Origin: a virus
Lineage: Duplodnaviria; Caudoviricetes
Strand: one strand, 5' to 3'
Length of the DNA stretch: 64,000 nt
Virus record (IMG/VR): IMGVR_UViG_3300032301_000767
Location: 6,370 to 70,369 of that record
Shown: positions 47,110-56,421 of the stretch, piece by piece
How positions within the stretch are numbered: the stretch's first letter is position 1
Layout: the number at the start of each line of letters is the position of its first letter
Made by a program: the position numbers and the translations under genes
The notes under the pieces: generated by a model
The model's database searches: none
What the model saw: only the letters and a program-made list of their open reading frames with translations
Told to the model about the DNA's origin: nothing

Positions 47110-49854
47110 TTAAGCAGGAGGGTTTTCCTGAGAAAGCTTCCATTCTTGATAAATTGTTTCTAATGCTTGTGAAAGATTCTGGTCGGAAGATGTTATTACT
47201 CCTGGAGTATTTTCATCAAACTCGTGAGAGTCATGGACAATAGCATTATCTGTAAAAAATACATCATACGGCTCGGTATTAATAGATATTACAAGTTCCT
47301 TACCTTCAAGAACTTTAAGGTCTATTATTGGCTGCCATGAATCAAATAGTGGGCTAAACACCATGTCAGACTCAAGCACTTCATAGACTTTTACAAATTT
47401 TACAATGTTTTCTCTTTTAACTAAAACATAGTGTGAATAAGAATATTTGTTTCCGTTAATAACAATAACTTTATCAACAATTCTTGCAGACAACGAAACA
47501 ATTGTTGTTTCAAGATTTGTATCAATATTAGGATTTTCTGTTGACCAGGATCCAAGGTACTCAGACAAAGTTTGTCCAGATGAAAGATCTAAGCCTTCAA
47601 TGTCTGCCGTATACAAAATATCTCCAACAGAAAGGTTGTGGGCTAGAGTTAATCCTTCTGGAACTTTTGATGCTACAAGTGTGTCTGCACCAATTGATTT
47701 AACTGGTGTAAACGAAAACGGTGTAAAACCAAATGGTGTAAACCCGAATGGTGTAAACCCGAATGGGGTGAAGCCAAATGGCGTAAAACCAAATGGTGTA
47801 AAACCAAATGGAGGAACATAGCATGCATTTGGTATTCCCAATATAGCTATAATTTGATCGCTAGTAAGATTAGGATTTTGTGTTTGCCCATAAATATAAC
47901 TTGTTCCAGCTCCACCTGATGGTGATCCGTATCCTCCGCTATATGCACCGCTAAATCCATTACATCTTACATATATTGCATATCCTGGTGCTTGGTACTG
48001 ATATCTATTAATGCTAATAGAAGCTGGTAAAGATATATATCGTTTGTCATAAGCAGATCCAGCAATTGGAGATTGTGCAACAATTTTTCCATCTAACGTA
48101 TAGTCTGAAGTTCCAGTGTTTTGGTTAGTTGTTAGTGTCCAATCACCATAGGTTCCATCTGATGTATATGTGCCCACATAATTTGGAGCATAAACATATT
48201 CTACTTCTGGCTCTTGGTACACATAAGAACTTACGCTTACGGTTAGTGGCAACTGGTTTTGAGGAACTAAATATGTTCCAGCTCCTGGGCTTTGACTTGC
48301 AATTTTTCCAGCTAAAGATTGATTAGATGTTCCAGTTGCTGCCGCATGATAAATTACATAGTTTGTTCCATTATTGGCACCTGGTTGACCAACAAAATTT
48401 GGGACTACTACAGATGTTGGTGGGTTTTGAGTAGCAGTTGCAACTTGAGCTGACGCAACTACATCTGATGTGCCAGCGCTATTTGTTGCTGTTGCAAATG
48501 CTCTAAATCGTGTTCCAGCTTCAACATCTAATGCATTTACGGTATATGATGGGCTTACACCAGTTGCAAATACAAATCCGTCTGATATAGAAGTTGGTGT
48601 TCTGTATGAATCACCTACAATTGATACTGATGTAGATGTTGGGTTCGGCGTCCAGCCAGATGTAGATCCATATAACGTAGTGCCTGGATAAACTGCTCCA
48701 TTTGAAGAAAGAAAAGCCGTTCCGCCTGTTGGCTTAATATTTGCTGATGTAGCTTTACCAGCAACTGCATCTATGTATCCAGAAAAACCTCTTGCTGTTC
48801 CATAAACCCTAACTTTCCAAGGTCCAGTTTCTACACCTGCACCAGTCTGTATATATGCAAAATTACTTCCAGATGTTACTGGTCCACGATACCAAATCCA
48901 CTGCATTTCATTTACTTCATCATTAAATGTTTCATAGTATATTTCATACTGAGTTTGATTAATATTAACAGCGTTCCAATTAATTCTAAGAGCTGTGTCA
49001 TAAACATATGGAGATATTGCTTCTATTGTTGAGGTTACAGATGGCTTTTTAGGTAGTAAATCAAGAATATCTTTGCTTTGCCCATTACCAGTAAATTTAA
49101 AGTTAGGCTGCGCTGTTGCCCATTGCCACCAAGACAAAGCTTGGCTTGTGTCATTATAAGGCTGCACAGAAATTGACATTGTTGTTTTGCCAATTAAAAA
49201 TTCTAAATCTGGAGACCCAAAATCTTTATCAAATAAGTTATTTTGTTTTCCAACAATTGTTAATTCTGTGTAAGGAATTCCTGGTCCTTGATACCATACC
49301 TTATATCCATCTGCACCTTCAGAAACATCCCAAAAAAATCTTATTGATCCGTTTATATATCCGCTGCCATCTTGTTGAACAAATGCTGTTGCATTTGCTA
49401 TTCTTTGTGGAGGTAGTGGTGAGCTATCAATTGATGCATATACTGGCTCACTATCTGAAGACCCATTAACTGCAATAACCTTACATCTAATAAAATATCC
49501 TACTTGACTTGCAGTTAAAAGATAACTGCTTGAAGTTCCATTTGGCAAATCTTCCCATTGTGTTGTAGAACCCTGAACATTGTATCCTTTTTGCCACTGA
49601 TACTTATATGATTCTGGAGTTATAGTCCAGGTTCCATTGCTAACACTTACTGTTTGTCCTACTCCAGCTCCAAATGATCCAGCAGACCATGTAAATTCTG
49701 GTAAAGAAATATTAGATTGCCCACTATATATTTCAACCCAAGCAGATCCATTCCAAGTAAAAGCTTTTTTAGCGAATTGCCATGTGGCTCCGTCATAAAG
49801 CTTAACTAATTTTGAATTTTTCCAACTTGAGCCATCAAATATTTTAATAGACAT
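47110..49854 (-). CDS. Ig/FN3- and PASTA-like domain protein with (FGFTP)n repeats and C-terminal Hint domain
   Basis: Ig-like modules (GTW...YKYQWQ...YFIRCKV), two VPN(F/Y)VG...G.I..QSP.AG PASTA-like units, 7 pentapeptide repeats, 156-aa Hint domain. Confidence 0.85.
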   Translation of the reverse strand: MSIKIFDGSSWKNSKLVKLYDGATWQFAKKAFTWNGSAWVEIYSGQSNISLPEFTWSAGSFGAGVGQTVSVSNGTWTITPESYKYQWQKGYNVQGSTTQWEDLPNGTSSSYLLTASQVGYFIRCKVIAVNGSSDSEPVYASIDSSPLPPQRIANATAFVQQDGSGYINGSIRFFWDVSEGADGYKVWYQGPGIPYTELTIVGKQNNLFDKDFGSPDLEFLIGKTTMSISVQPYNDTSQALSWWQWATAQPNFKFTGNGQSKDILDLLPKKPSVTSTIEAISPYVYDTALRINWNAVNINQTQYEIYYETFNDEVNEMQWIWYRGPVTSGSNFAYIQTGAGVETGPWKVRVYGTARGFSGYIDAVAGKATSANIKPTGGTAFLSSNGAVYPGTTLYGSTSGWTPNPTSTSVSIVGDSYRTPTSISDGFVFATGVSPSYTVNALDVEAGTRFRAFATATNSAGTSDVVASAQVATATQNPPTSVVVPNFVGQPGANNGTNYVIYHAAATGTSNQSLAGKIASQSPGAGTYLVPQNQLPLTVSVSSYVYQEPEVEYVYAPNYVGTYTSDGTYGDWTLTTNQNTGTSDYTLDGKIVAQSPIAGSAYDKRYISLPASISINRYQYQAPGYAIYVRCNGFSGAYSGGYGSPSGGAGTSYIYGQTQNPNLTSDQIIAILGIPNACYVPPFGFTPFGFTPFGFTPFGFTPFGFTPFGFTPFSFTPVKSIGADTLVASKVPEGLTLAHNLSVGDILYTADIEGLDLSSGQTLSEYLGSWSTENPNIDTNLETTIVSLSARIVDKVIVINGNKYSYSHYVLVKRENIVKFVKVYEVLESDMVFSPLFDSWQPIIDLKVLEGKELVISINTEPYDVFFTDNAIVHDSHEFDENTPGVITSSDQNLSQALETIYQEWKLSQENPPA
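47704..47808 (-). repeat. 7 x 15-bp coding tandem repeat (6 x FGFTP + FSFTP)
   Basis: Units counted in the DNA; synonymous variation. Confidence 0.95.
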
Positions 49855-49863
49855 TTTTAGCTC

Positions 49864-51540
49864 CTAGTACTGAATATATATATCGCCGACGGCAGTTCCA
49901 GATGGTGGAGTAGCGCTAGTTCCATATGATATTACATTTGAACCTATTGAGGTGTTTGAATTTGAATATCCAGCAGTTACTGTTAGGTTTCCTCCGAGTG
50001 ATACCGCATTTCCATTAATTGTAATTTGGCTATTTAGTAGTTTTTCATTTGTTATAGCTCCGCTTTGAATTAAACTTGGAAGGATGTATCCGCTTGCACT
50101 TATTCCTGCAAAACCAGACGCTACGTTTCTATCAGCTTCTTCAAGATATCCTCCAGAGCTCAATGTGTTTTGTAAACCAGTAGAAGTAACATAAGAAGAT
50201 GCTGCATTTTCAATTGTTAAATATGTTGAAGCAGCATTTGCTGTTGTTAAGTAGCCAGCTATAGAAGCTCCTGCTGGAATTGTTACTGTTCCAGTAAATG
50301 TAGGATTAGATATTGGAGCTTTTAAGGCAAGATTTGTTATTGTTGCATATGTTGATGCCGCATCTGTTGTTGAAAGCTTCAGGCCAATTGATGTTGTTAA
50401 TGCAGTTACTCCGCTTTGATTTGATTGCAAAGCAGATGCTAATTCTCCAAGTGTATCTAGCGCTCCTGGTGCAGAATTAACTAAACTTGATACCGCATTT
50501 GATATATCCGATACTCTTGCAATTGTGGATGGTATAACAGATGTCTGTAATAATCCATTTGAATCTAATCCAGCAAAACCACCAGATATATTTCTATCTG
50601 CTTCAGAGACAGTTGTTTCTAATACTGTATCTATTGCTGTATCTATTGATCCGCCAGCTCCTGTAATTTTTATATCTAGTGAATCAACTGCGTCTAAAGC
50701 ATTTCCTAAAATTTCTGTTGTTTTTGCATTTAATGCTGATACTGCTCTAGCATTTGTAAAATATAAGTTTGTGCCTTCTGTAATTCCAGTAGTAGTAAGG
50801 CTACCAGTTAAAGCGGCTACTGCTCTTGCATTTGTAAAATAAAGTCTAGATCCTTCTGCAATATCTGATGTTGTCAAGGCTTGAGTTGCTGATGTAATAG
50901 CTGCATTTCTTGCAATTGCTTCTGCGTTTACCGCAGAGCTAATTGCTCCAGTTACAGATGCATTATAATTTGTTATTTTTGTATCAGCTGCTGCAGATGC
51001 TGCGGAAATTGCTGCAGATTGCACGGCATTAGACTTAGAAGTTGCATCTAGTGCTGCTGCGGAAATTGCTGCAGATTGTGCAGCATTAGCCTTAGATGCT
51101 GCATCTAAAGATGCGGTTGTAATTGCTTCTGTTTTGGCTGTAGATATTGCTTGATTTCTATTTGTAACTTCAAGTGCAATTGCATCTGCTATTGCTGTTC
51201 CAACTGCAGATATTGCTCTGGCATTTGTAAAATATTTGTTTGTTCCTTCTGGCAAATTAGTAGTTGAAAGCAATGAAATAGCATTTGCAATATCAGCGTT
51301 TATTGAAAAATTATCTGGTAGCTGAGAAATTGATATTTTGCCTTCTGAATTAAGTACTGCTAAACCATTTGCTTCTCCTGGTTTAAATGCATACGATGTT
51401 TGATCATTCCATCTTCCACCGTTTCCAATTTTAAATTTTAATGTATCTGTTTCAATACCTATTTCTCCGCTTTTTAAAACTGGGTTATGAAGTGTCCAGT
51501 TTTGAGATAAGTCTCTTTTAAGTTGAATTCTTATTGCCAT
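49864..51540 (-). CDS. Fibre protein with Mtd-N-like N-terminus
   Basis: IQLKRD...W...NPVLKSGEIGIETDT; three EG.NLYFTNARA-type repeats; SAPGALDTLGELASAL. Confidence 0.75.
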   Translation of the reverse strand: MAIRIQLKRDLSQNWTLHNPVLKSGEIGIETDTLKFKIGNGGRWNDQTSYAFKPGEANGLAVLNSEGKISISQLPDNFSINADIANAISLLSTTNLPEGTNKYFTNARAISAVGTAIADAIALEVTNRNQAISTAKTEAITTASLDAASKANAAQSAAISAAALDATSKSNAVQSAAISAASAAADTKITNYNASVTGAISSAVNAEAIARNAAITSATQALTTSDIAEGSRLYFTNARAVAALTGSLTTTGITEGTNLYFTNARAVSALNAKTTEILGNALDAVDSLDIKITGAGGSIDTAIDTVLETTVSEADRNISGGFAGLDSNGLLQTSVIPSTIARVSDISNAVSSLVNSAPGALDTLGELASALQSNQSGVTALTTSIGLKLSTTDAASTYATITNLALKAPISNPTFTGTVTIPAGASIAGYLTTANAASTYLTIENAASSYVTSTGLQNTLSSGGYLEEADRNVASGFAGISASGYILPSLIQSGAITNEKLLNSQITINGNAVSLGGNLTVTAGYSNSNTSIGSNVISYGTSATPPSGTAVGDIYIQY

Positions 51541-52010
51541 TAGTTTGAATCTCCCAAGTCTAAAATTTCATCCTCAATTGCGGATGGTGCTGCAGAGCCC
51601 CCGTCAACAATTGTATCATCTATCTCTGGCTCAAACATAGAGTTATGCTCTCCACCATCTAAAAGAGTTAAATCTTGATAAGTTCCATTATCGTTATTAG
51701 ACATAGGGTCTCCTCCTTCTATTCCCACAACTTGTGGGATATTTGCTTGCGGTCCTGCTTGATCATTAAATGAATCAAATCTTATAACATTTTGTACATC
51801 AATACTATGTACTGATCCATCAAAAGCATGCGTATGTGGATAAAATGGTGTGGGGTCGTCACTTGGAGGAGTTAGCTCTAGCCAAGATAAACCATTATAT
51901 ATTCTTATGTTTTTAGTTAAAACATTAAAATATACATCGCCCTCAATTGCAGAAACTGGATCCGTAGACATAGTTAATAGGTTAAGAGGAACAACCATTT
52001 TTCTTGACAT
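51540..52010 (-). CDS. Hypothetical virion-associated protein
   Basis: DP.S..EGDVYFN...IYNG.SW module; acidic DGG repeats. Confidence 0.6.
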   Translation of the reverse strand: MSRKMVVPLNLLTMSTDPVSAIEGDVYFNVLTKNIRIYNGLSWLELTPPSDDPTPFYPHTHAFDGSVHSIDVQNVIRFDSFNDQAGPQANIPQVVGIEGGDPMSNNDNGTYQDLTLLDGGEHNSMFEPEIDDTIVDGGSAAPSAIEDEILDLGDSN

Positions 52011-52011
52011 T

Positions 52012-52983
52012 TTATCCTACAATTACAACTTTATATTGTCCAGCTGTTGGTGCTTGGGCAAAATCTACTGTTACGACATTTGAGCTTGTTCTTTTTACAT
52101 CTGCCTCAACTTGTGAAAACGGGCTAGCTGATTCGTAAATTTGAACTGTTACATCTGAAGTTCCAAGATTGTGTGTTACCGTATATGTTGTTAAAGAATC
52201 TGATAATACTGCAGCAAATTTTCTTGCAATTCCGTGAAAGTTTCCACCGTTATTTGTTAGCTGCCACTGGGATGCGCTTTCTTTCCAGACTAGTGAAACA
52301 TCTGATTCTGTACCACGCTCAACGATAATTCCAGCATCTGCAACAGGTGTTCCTGCAAAGCCAGTATTAAGTCTAATTGTATTGTCTGCAATATCAATTT
52401 CTGTGGTGTTTACAGCGTTTAAAGTTCCCTGTACATTAAGGTTACCATTAACTTGTAGGTCTCCAGATATTGTTACGTTGTCTGGAAGTCCAATAGTTAC
52501 TGCTGCATTAGATCCGCTGTTTGGAGCAACTGTTACTTCATTGGCTGTACCAATTATTGTTGATACATAGTCACCAGTAGTTTGTGTGGCAAGGTTAATA
52601 GAAATATTGGCATCGCTTGCGCTAGTTAATCTACCTTGTGGGTCTACTGTAAATGTTACTGTTTTGCTTGTTGATCCGTATGTTCCTGCTGTTACCGCTG
52701 TGTTGTCTAGATCTATTGTTGTTACGTTAGTTGCATCATCAAATGACTTTGTTAAGCCAACTCCGCCTTCTACATAAGACCCAATTGCATCTGTAATTAC
52801 CTCTAAAGAACCAGAAGTAGAAATCCATTGTGTGCCATTCCAAAAATACAGAACGTTGTCGCCAGTGTTATAGTAAACCTGACCTGATACTGGGCTGCTT
52901 GGTGCTGCCCCTAAATTTTGAATTCTAGCATTGAGTAACTCATTTTTGTTGAGGTCAATACTAACTAAAAACTTTTTTGCCAT
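52012..52983 (-). CDS. Virion structural/fibre protein
   Basis: GQVYYNT...FWNGTQW, VTAGTYG...VDPQGRLT, VTHNLGT motifs typical of fibre proteins. Confidence 0.65.
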   Translation of the reverse strand: MAKKFLVSIDLNKNELLNARIQNLGAAPSSPVSGQVYYNTGDNVLYFWNGTQWISTSGSLEVITDAIGSYVEGGVGLTKSFDDATNVTTIDLDNTAVTAGTYGSTSKTVTFTVDPQGRLTSASDANISINLATQTTGDYVSTIIGTANEVTVAPNSGSNAAVTIGLPDNVTISGDLQVNGNLNVQGTLNAVNTTEIDIADNTIRLNTGFAGTPVADAGIIVERGTESDVSLVWKESASQWQLTNNGGNFHGIARKFAAVLSDSLTTYTVTHNLGTSDVTVQIYESASPFSQVEADVKRTSSNVVTVDFAQAPTAGQYKVVIVG

Positions 52984-52997
52984 TTGCTATCTCCTTT

Positions 52998-53438
52998 TTA
53001 GGACAGGTGTGCTGTCCCTGAAAATGGCTGAGCCATTGTCAATGTTATCGAATTTGTGTTGTTGTAATCTATGCCAGTTTCAAGCACATCTCCAGCGCTT
53101 GATTTTACTGTAACGTTCGGATTGTATCCAAGGTTGTGCTGTATTAATAAAGAATAAACTCCGCTACTTGGACCAGTTAACTGTGCAAGTTCCCAAGAAT
53201 AAGATAGCGTGTTTGCTGTTAATGTTATTACTGCTGAATTTGCCCATGTTTGATCAGAGGTTTTTGGACCATATAATTTTGACGTTTCTTTGTCATAATA
53301 AAAATCATCTTGTAGTCCAAGATTATTTGCTGGTGTACCGTTGCCATTTAATATAGTTCTACCTCTAGGGCCTTGCGGTCCTGGAGAGGATACGACTACA
53401 TCATTAACTATTTCATTTACAACAATAACTTCGGACAT
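52998..53438 (-). CDS. Hypothetical virion-associated protein
   Basis: GPQGPRG, DFYYD...YGPK module shared with 32918; HNLG domain shared with 52012. Confidence 0.6.
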   Translation of the reverse strand: MSEVIVVNEIVNDVVVSSPGPQGPRGRTILNGNGTPANNLGLQDDFYYDKETSKLYGPKTSDQTWANSAVITLTANTLSYSWELAQLTGPSSGVYSLLIQHNLGYNPNVTVKSSAGDVLETGIDYNNTNSITLTMAQPFSGTAHLS

Positions 53439-53785
53439 TATATTGTTACCGATCTATTTAAGGTCATGAAGCCCTCAAGGAGTTTTGTTTTATTCAAATT
53501 AGAATCTATAATCATAATGTCGTAAGATGACTTTGGATAGAAAAGTTTATTAGTTTGTGTAGGTGTCATTTTTACTGAAACCGTACCTGTTGGACCATCG
53601 ATAGTGATTCCACCCGAAGGTGAAGTTAAAGTTACTGCTAACTTTGTACTACTTTTTGAATCACGAATCTGCATCTTTGCCGATGCTCCTGTTAGATCAA
53701 TAGCGTTACCATCGTCGTCTTTATATTGTAATATAAAACTAAATGTTGCATTTTGATCTACTTCAAAATTCTTCTGTCCTGCCAT
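53438..53785 (-). CDS. Hypothetical structural protein (BppU N-terminal-like)
   Basis: DQNATF...IDLTGASAKMQIR...YDI...LLEG pattern. Confidence 0.55.
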   Translation of the reverse strand: MAGQKNFEVDQNATFSFILQYKDDDGNAIDLTGASAKMQIRDSKSSTKLAVTLTSPSGGITIDGPTGTVSVKMTPTQTNKLFYPKSSYDIMIIDSNLNKTKLLEGFMTLNRSVTI

Positions 53786-53806
53786 ATGCCATAGTCTCCT
53801 ATATAG

Positions 53807-53842
53807 GAATACTCCTGTACTAATTTTAGCACAGGAGTATTC
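53807..53842 (-). promoter_or_regulatory. 16-bp hairpin (possible terminator) containing an extended -10 TGCTAAAAT
   Basis: GAATACTCCTGTGCTA-AAAT-TAGTACAGGAGTATTC on the minus strand. Confidence 0.55.
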
Positions 53843-53859
53843 TTAATTGACTATTTTAT

Positions 53860-54099
53860 TTATGCTTTATTTGTAAATCCAAAAGCTGGTTCATTTGGGT
53901 TGAGTGCTTTTAGGAGTACGGGTGCAATAGCTGCAAACGCTCCCATCAAAAGATCTCTTGGGTTTGTATTCCCTGTCATATATAGGGCAAGGGCTGCCGA
54001 AATAAATGCTCTTCCGTAAGTTGATAGCGCTGAAAGAATCTGTTCTTGCATTGTTACCTTTCCATCCTTGTTTAAATCCTTTTTATCGAATTTAGCCAT
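53860..54099 (-). CDS. Holin-like small membrane protein with N-terminal EF-hand-like loop
   Basis: Two hydrophobic segments; ALNP...FG C-terminus; DLNKDGKVTMQE. Confidence 0.5.
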   Translation of the reverse strand: MAKFDKKDLNKDGKVTMQEQILSALSTYGRAFISAALALYMTGNTNPRDLLMGAFAAIAPVLLKALNPNEPAFGFTNKA

Positions 54100-54164
54100 A
54101 TTGTCATCTCCTTGTGGGCGGGTGCCCAGGAATTTTCGGTTTCCCGAATACTATAAGTTTACCA

Positions 54165-56099
54165 CTAAGAAGAGATATCCACAAGTTCACAGTTTCCGTC
54201 CGAACTGCAAGCAAGGGTTGCTGAAGGTGAAGTTCCGTCTTCTTTTTCATAAAAAGACAGGTCTTCCCAGCGAATATTCTTTGGCATTTTTAATACTAAA
54301 GAGTCATATTCCTCTTCTGTTATTTCTTGATAAGGGGCTTGCTTGTAAGAATGCTCTGAGTGTGGCAAAAATGAAATTCCAGATACCTCATCAAAATTCT
54401 TGTAAACCCAAGCTCCAACATCCATCCACTCGTCTTCTTTTACGGAAACTGTAATAGATGGTTTATGTTCACACCATGCACGTTGATATACCAACCAAAT
54501 ATTAAGGTGATCAATTGCTGTTAAATCATTTCTAACAATTGCTCCTTCTGGAGCCTTAACTGGAAATGAAAATACGTATGTATCGTTTGGCTTCATTACG
54601 TCATCTTCGACTGGAATTCCAACTTCTTTTAAAAATGTAGAAATTGGATCTCCTTTTGAACCACGAACTGTACGAATGTAATATGGTGAATGCCATGGAT
54701 GCATTCCTGAAGATACCCCGACCAATTGAGACACTGTTCCAGAGGGCTTTACGCATGTAATAGCAGCAGACTCAGGAATCCCAATTTTCCCAGCCTCTTC
54801 CTTGTTTACTTCCCTTGCTTTTTCACGAAGCGTCATAAGAAATGCCTCTAAGGATATAATGTCTTCTTTGCCAGACATAAACTTGTGTCCGAACTGCCCA
54901 GTCAAAGAAACACCAAGGAGCCTTTCTTCTTCTGTATTGTCTTTCCAAATCTTACGAAGATATTTAAAGTCTGTTAGCGTTGACTGCCATGTGCCAAGAA
55001 TTGTAGCAAGCTCAACCTTGCGTTGAATATCTTTCTTTGTATCTTTTTCACGTAGTACGACTTCTGAAAGGTTACAAAACTGGTAAGGACGTAAAATAAT
55101 TTCTGAACATGGGTTAGTTCCGTAGTGTATATCTGGATCTCTTCTTCCATATTTGGCTGCTTGGGCTTGAGCTGCGGCCACATTATATATACCTCGTTCT
55201 CCTGACTTTGAATCATAAAGAGATTTCCATTCTGCAATAAATTGCTCCATCTCTGGTTTGCGAGAGTATGCAACAGAGTTATTTGATAGTGCACGTTGAG
55301 GGCTTAGCTCCCACCAGTTACCAGATTTGGCTTGTGCCATTTCAATATCATTAATGTTTGAAAGAGATATCATTGCAGAGCGTCGAACGCCGCCTACAAC
55401 AACAACTTCGCCAATCTTGCACATAATATCATGGCATTCAATTGGCTTTAAGTTTCTTCCTGTAGCATTTTTAAATTTAGCAATTGTAAAATCAAAAAGG
55501 TTAATTAAGGGTTGTGGGCCAGAAGATCTTCCTCCCATTGTCTTAAGCCTTGCGCCCGCAGGACGTACTTTAGAAACATCAATAGATGGTATTTGTCCAG
55601 ACCAAAGCAATGCAAGTAGTTCACGATATGCTTTTGCCCATCCTTGCTTTGAATCTTCTACGGTAATAACTGTAGTTGATTTTTCTAAAGATTCTGGGAC
55701 TGGAGGAAGTTTATTAATGTATTTATACTCTACAGAAAACCCTACACCAGTTCCACACATAAGAACATACATAGTTTCGTCAAATGATCTAGCAGAATCA
55801 ACTGGCAGGAATGCACAGTTGTATCCAGCAACATTATCTCTTTCTAAAGCTGGTCCAGAAGTCATTACGGCTCTCATGGATGGCATTACATTTCGTTCAA
55901 AAACAAACTCTTTTAATTCCGCAACTAGCTTTTCATTTGGAATATAATTATGGTTTTGTTTTAGGTGTTCTGTAATAAAAGAAAAATATCTATCTACTGT
56001 TTCTCCCCAAGTTTCTCTGCGCCCATCTGCTTCTACCCATTTTGCATATCTAGATAGTGCAATAAAGTTTTCATAAGGATTTTCAATAGTATTTTTCAT
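54165..56099 (-). CDS. nrdJ: Ribonucleotide reductase, class II (adenosylcobalamin-dependent)
   Basis: MPSMR, YNC, GGVRRSA, TNPCSE, CNLSE, TCVKPSGT, C-terminal Cys pair; no small subunit nearby. Confidence 0.88.
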   Translation of the reverse strand: MKNTIENPYENFIALSRYAKWVEADGRRETWGETVDRYFSFITEHLKQNHNYIPNEKLVAELKEFVFERNVMPSMRAVMTSGPALERDNVAGYNCAFLPVDSARSFDETMYVLMCGTGVGFSVEYKYINKLPPVPESLEKSTTVITVEDSKQGWAKAYRELLALLWSGQIPSIDVSKVRPAGARLKTMGGRSSGPQPLINLFDFTIAKFKNATGRNLKPIECHDIMCKIGEVVVVGGVRRSAMISLSNINDIEMAQAKSGNWWELSPQRALSNNSVAYSRKPEMEQFIAEWKSLYDSKSGERGIYNVAAAQAQAAKYGRRDPDIHYGTNPCSEIILRPYQFCNLSEVVLREKDTKKDIQRKVELATILGTWQSTLTDFKYLRKIWKDNTEEERLLGVSLTGQFGHKFMSGKEDIISLEAFLMTLREKAREVNKEEAGKIGIPESAAITCVKPSGTVSQLVGVSSGMHPWHSPYYIRTVRGSKGDPISTFLKEVGIPVEDDVMKPNDTYVFSFPVKAPEGAIVRNDLTAIDHLNIWLVYQRAWCEHKPSITVSVKEDEWMDVGAWVYKNFDEVSGISFLPHSEHSYKQAPYQEITEEEYDSLVLKMPKNIRWEDLSFYEKEDGTSPSATLACSSDGNCELVDISS

Positions 56100-56230
56100 T
56101 TGTCGCCTTTTCTCCGCCTTGCGGTATATTTTTTATTTGAGTTACTATTCTACCAAAAGAACTTTCTTTAAGGAAGAGATATCAAAATGTTTTATATTTT
56201 AGCGTGTATTTTATTAATCAACCAGAATGC

Positions 56231-56258
56231 TTGACATTGAAATTAGAAATAGTATACT
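56231..56258 (+). promoter_or_regulatory. Sigma70-type promoter TTGACA-N16-TATACT
   Basis: Near-consensus boxes in the divergent intergenic region. Confidence 0.6.
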
Positions 56259-56364
56259 TTCAATAGGGGGGTCGGGGGGTCAGTAAATCAATAAATAATT
56301 AAATATAAGATATATTATAATATATAAAGAGTAGTTTGTATACTTTTAATTTCAGTTAACTAAC

Positions 56365-56394
56365 TTGACAGTAACTTAGACCCAATGCTATGAT
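56365..56394 (+). promoter_or_regulatory. Promoter TTGACA-N18-TATGAT with extended -10 TG
   Basis: Upstream of the AGGAGG RBS of the transglycosylase gene. Confidence 0.65.
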
Positions 56395-56421
56395 TGTAGT
56401 TCGTTATCTCTATAGGAGGAA

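Noticed and set aside
42903-51540. Diversity-generating retroelement suggested by Mtd-like N-termini and duplicated C-terminal cassettes
   Set aside because: There is no reverse transcriptase in the window, both cassette copies are coding, and the differences are not adenine-specific.
54165-56099. Intein or intron in RNR (helicase also checked)
   Set aside because: Lengths and motif spacing are compact, with no Hint or homing endonuclease motifs.
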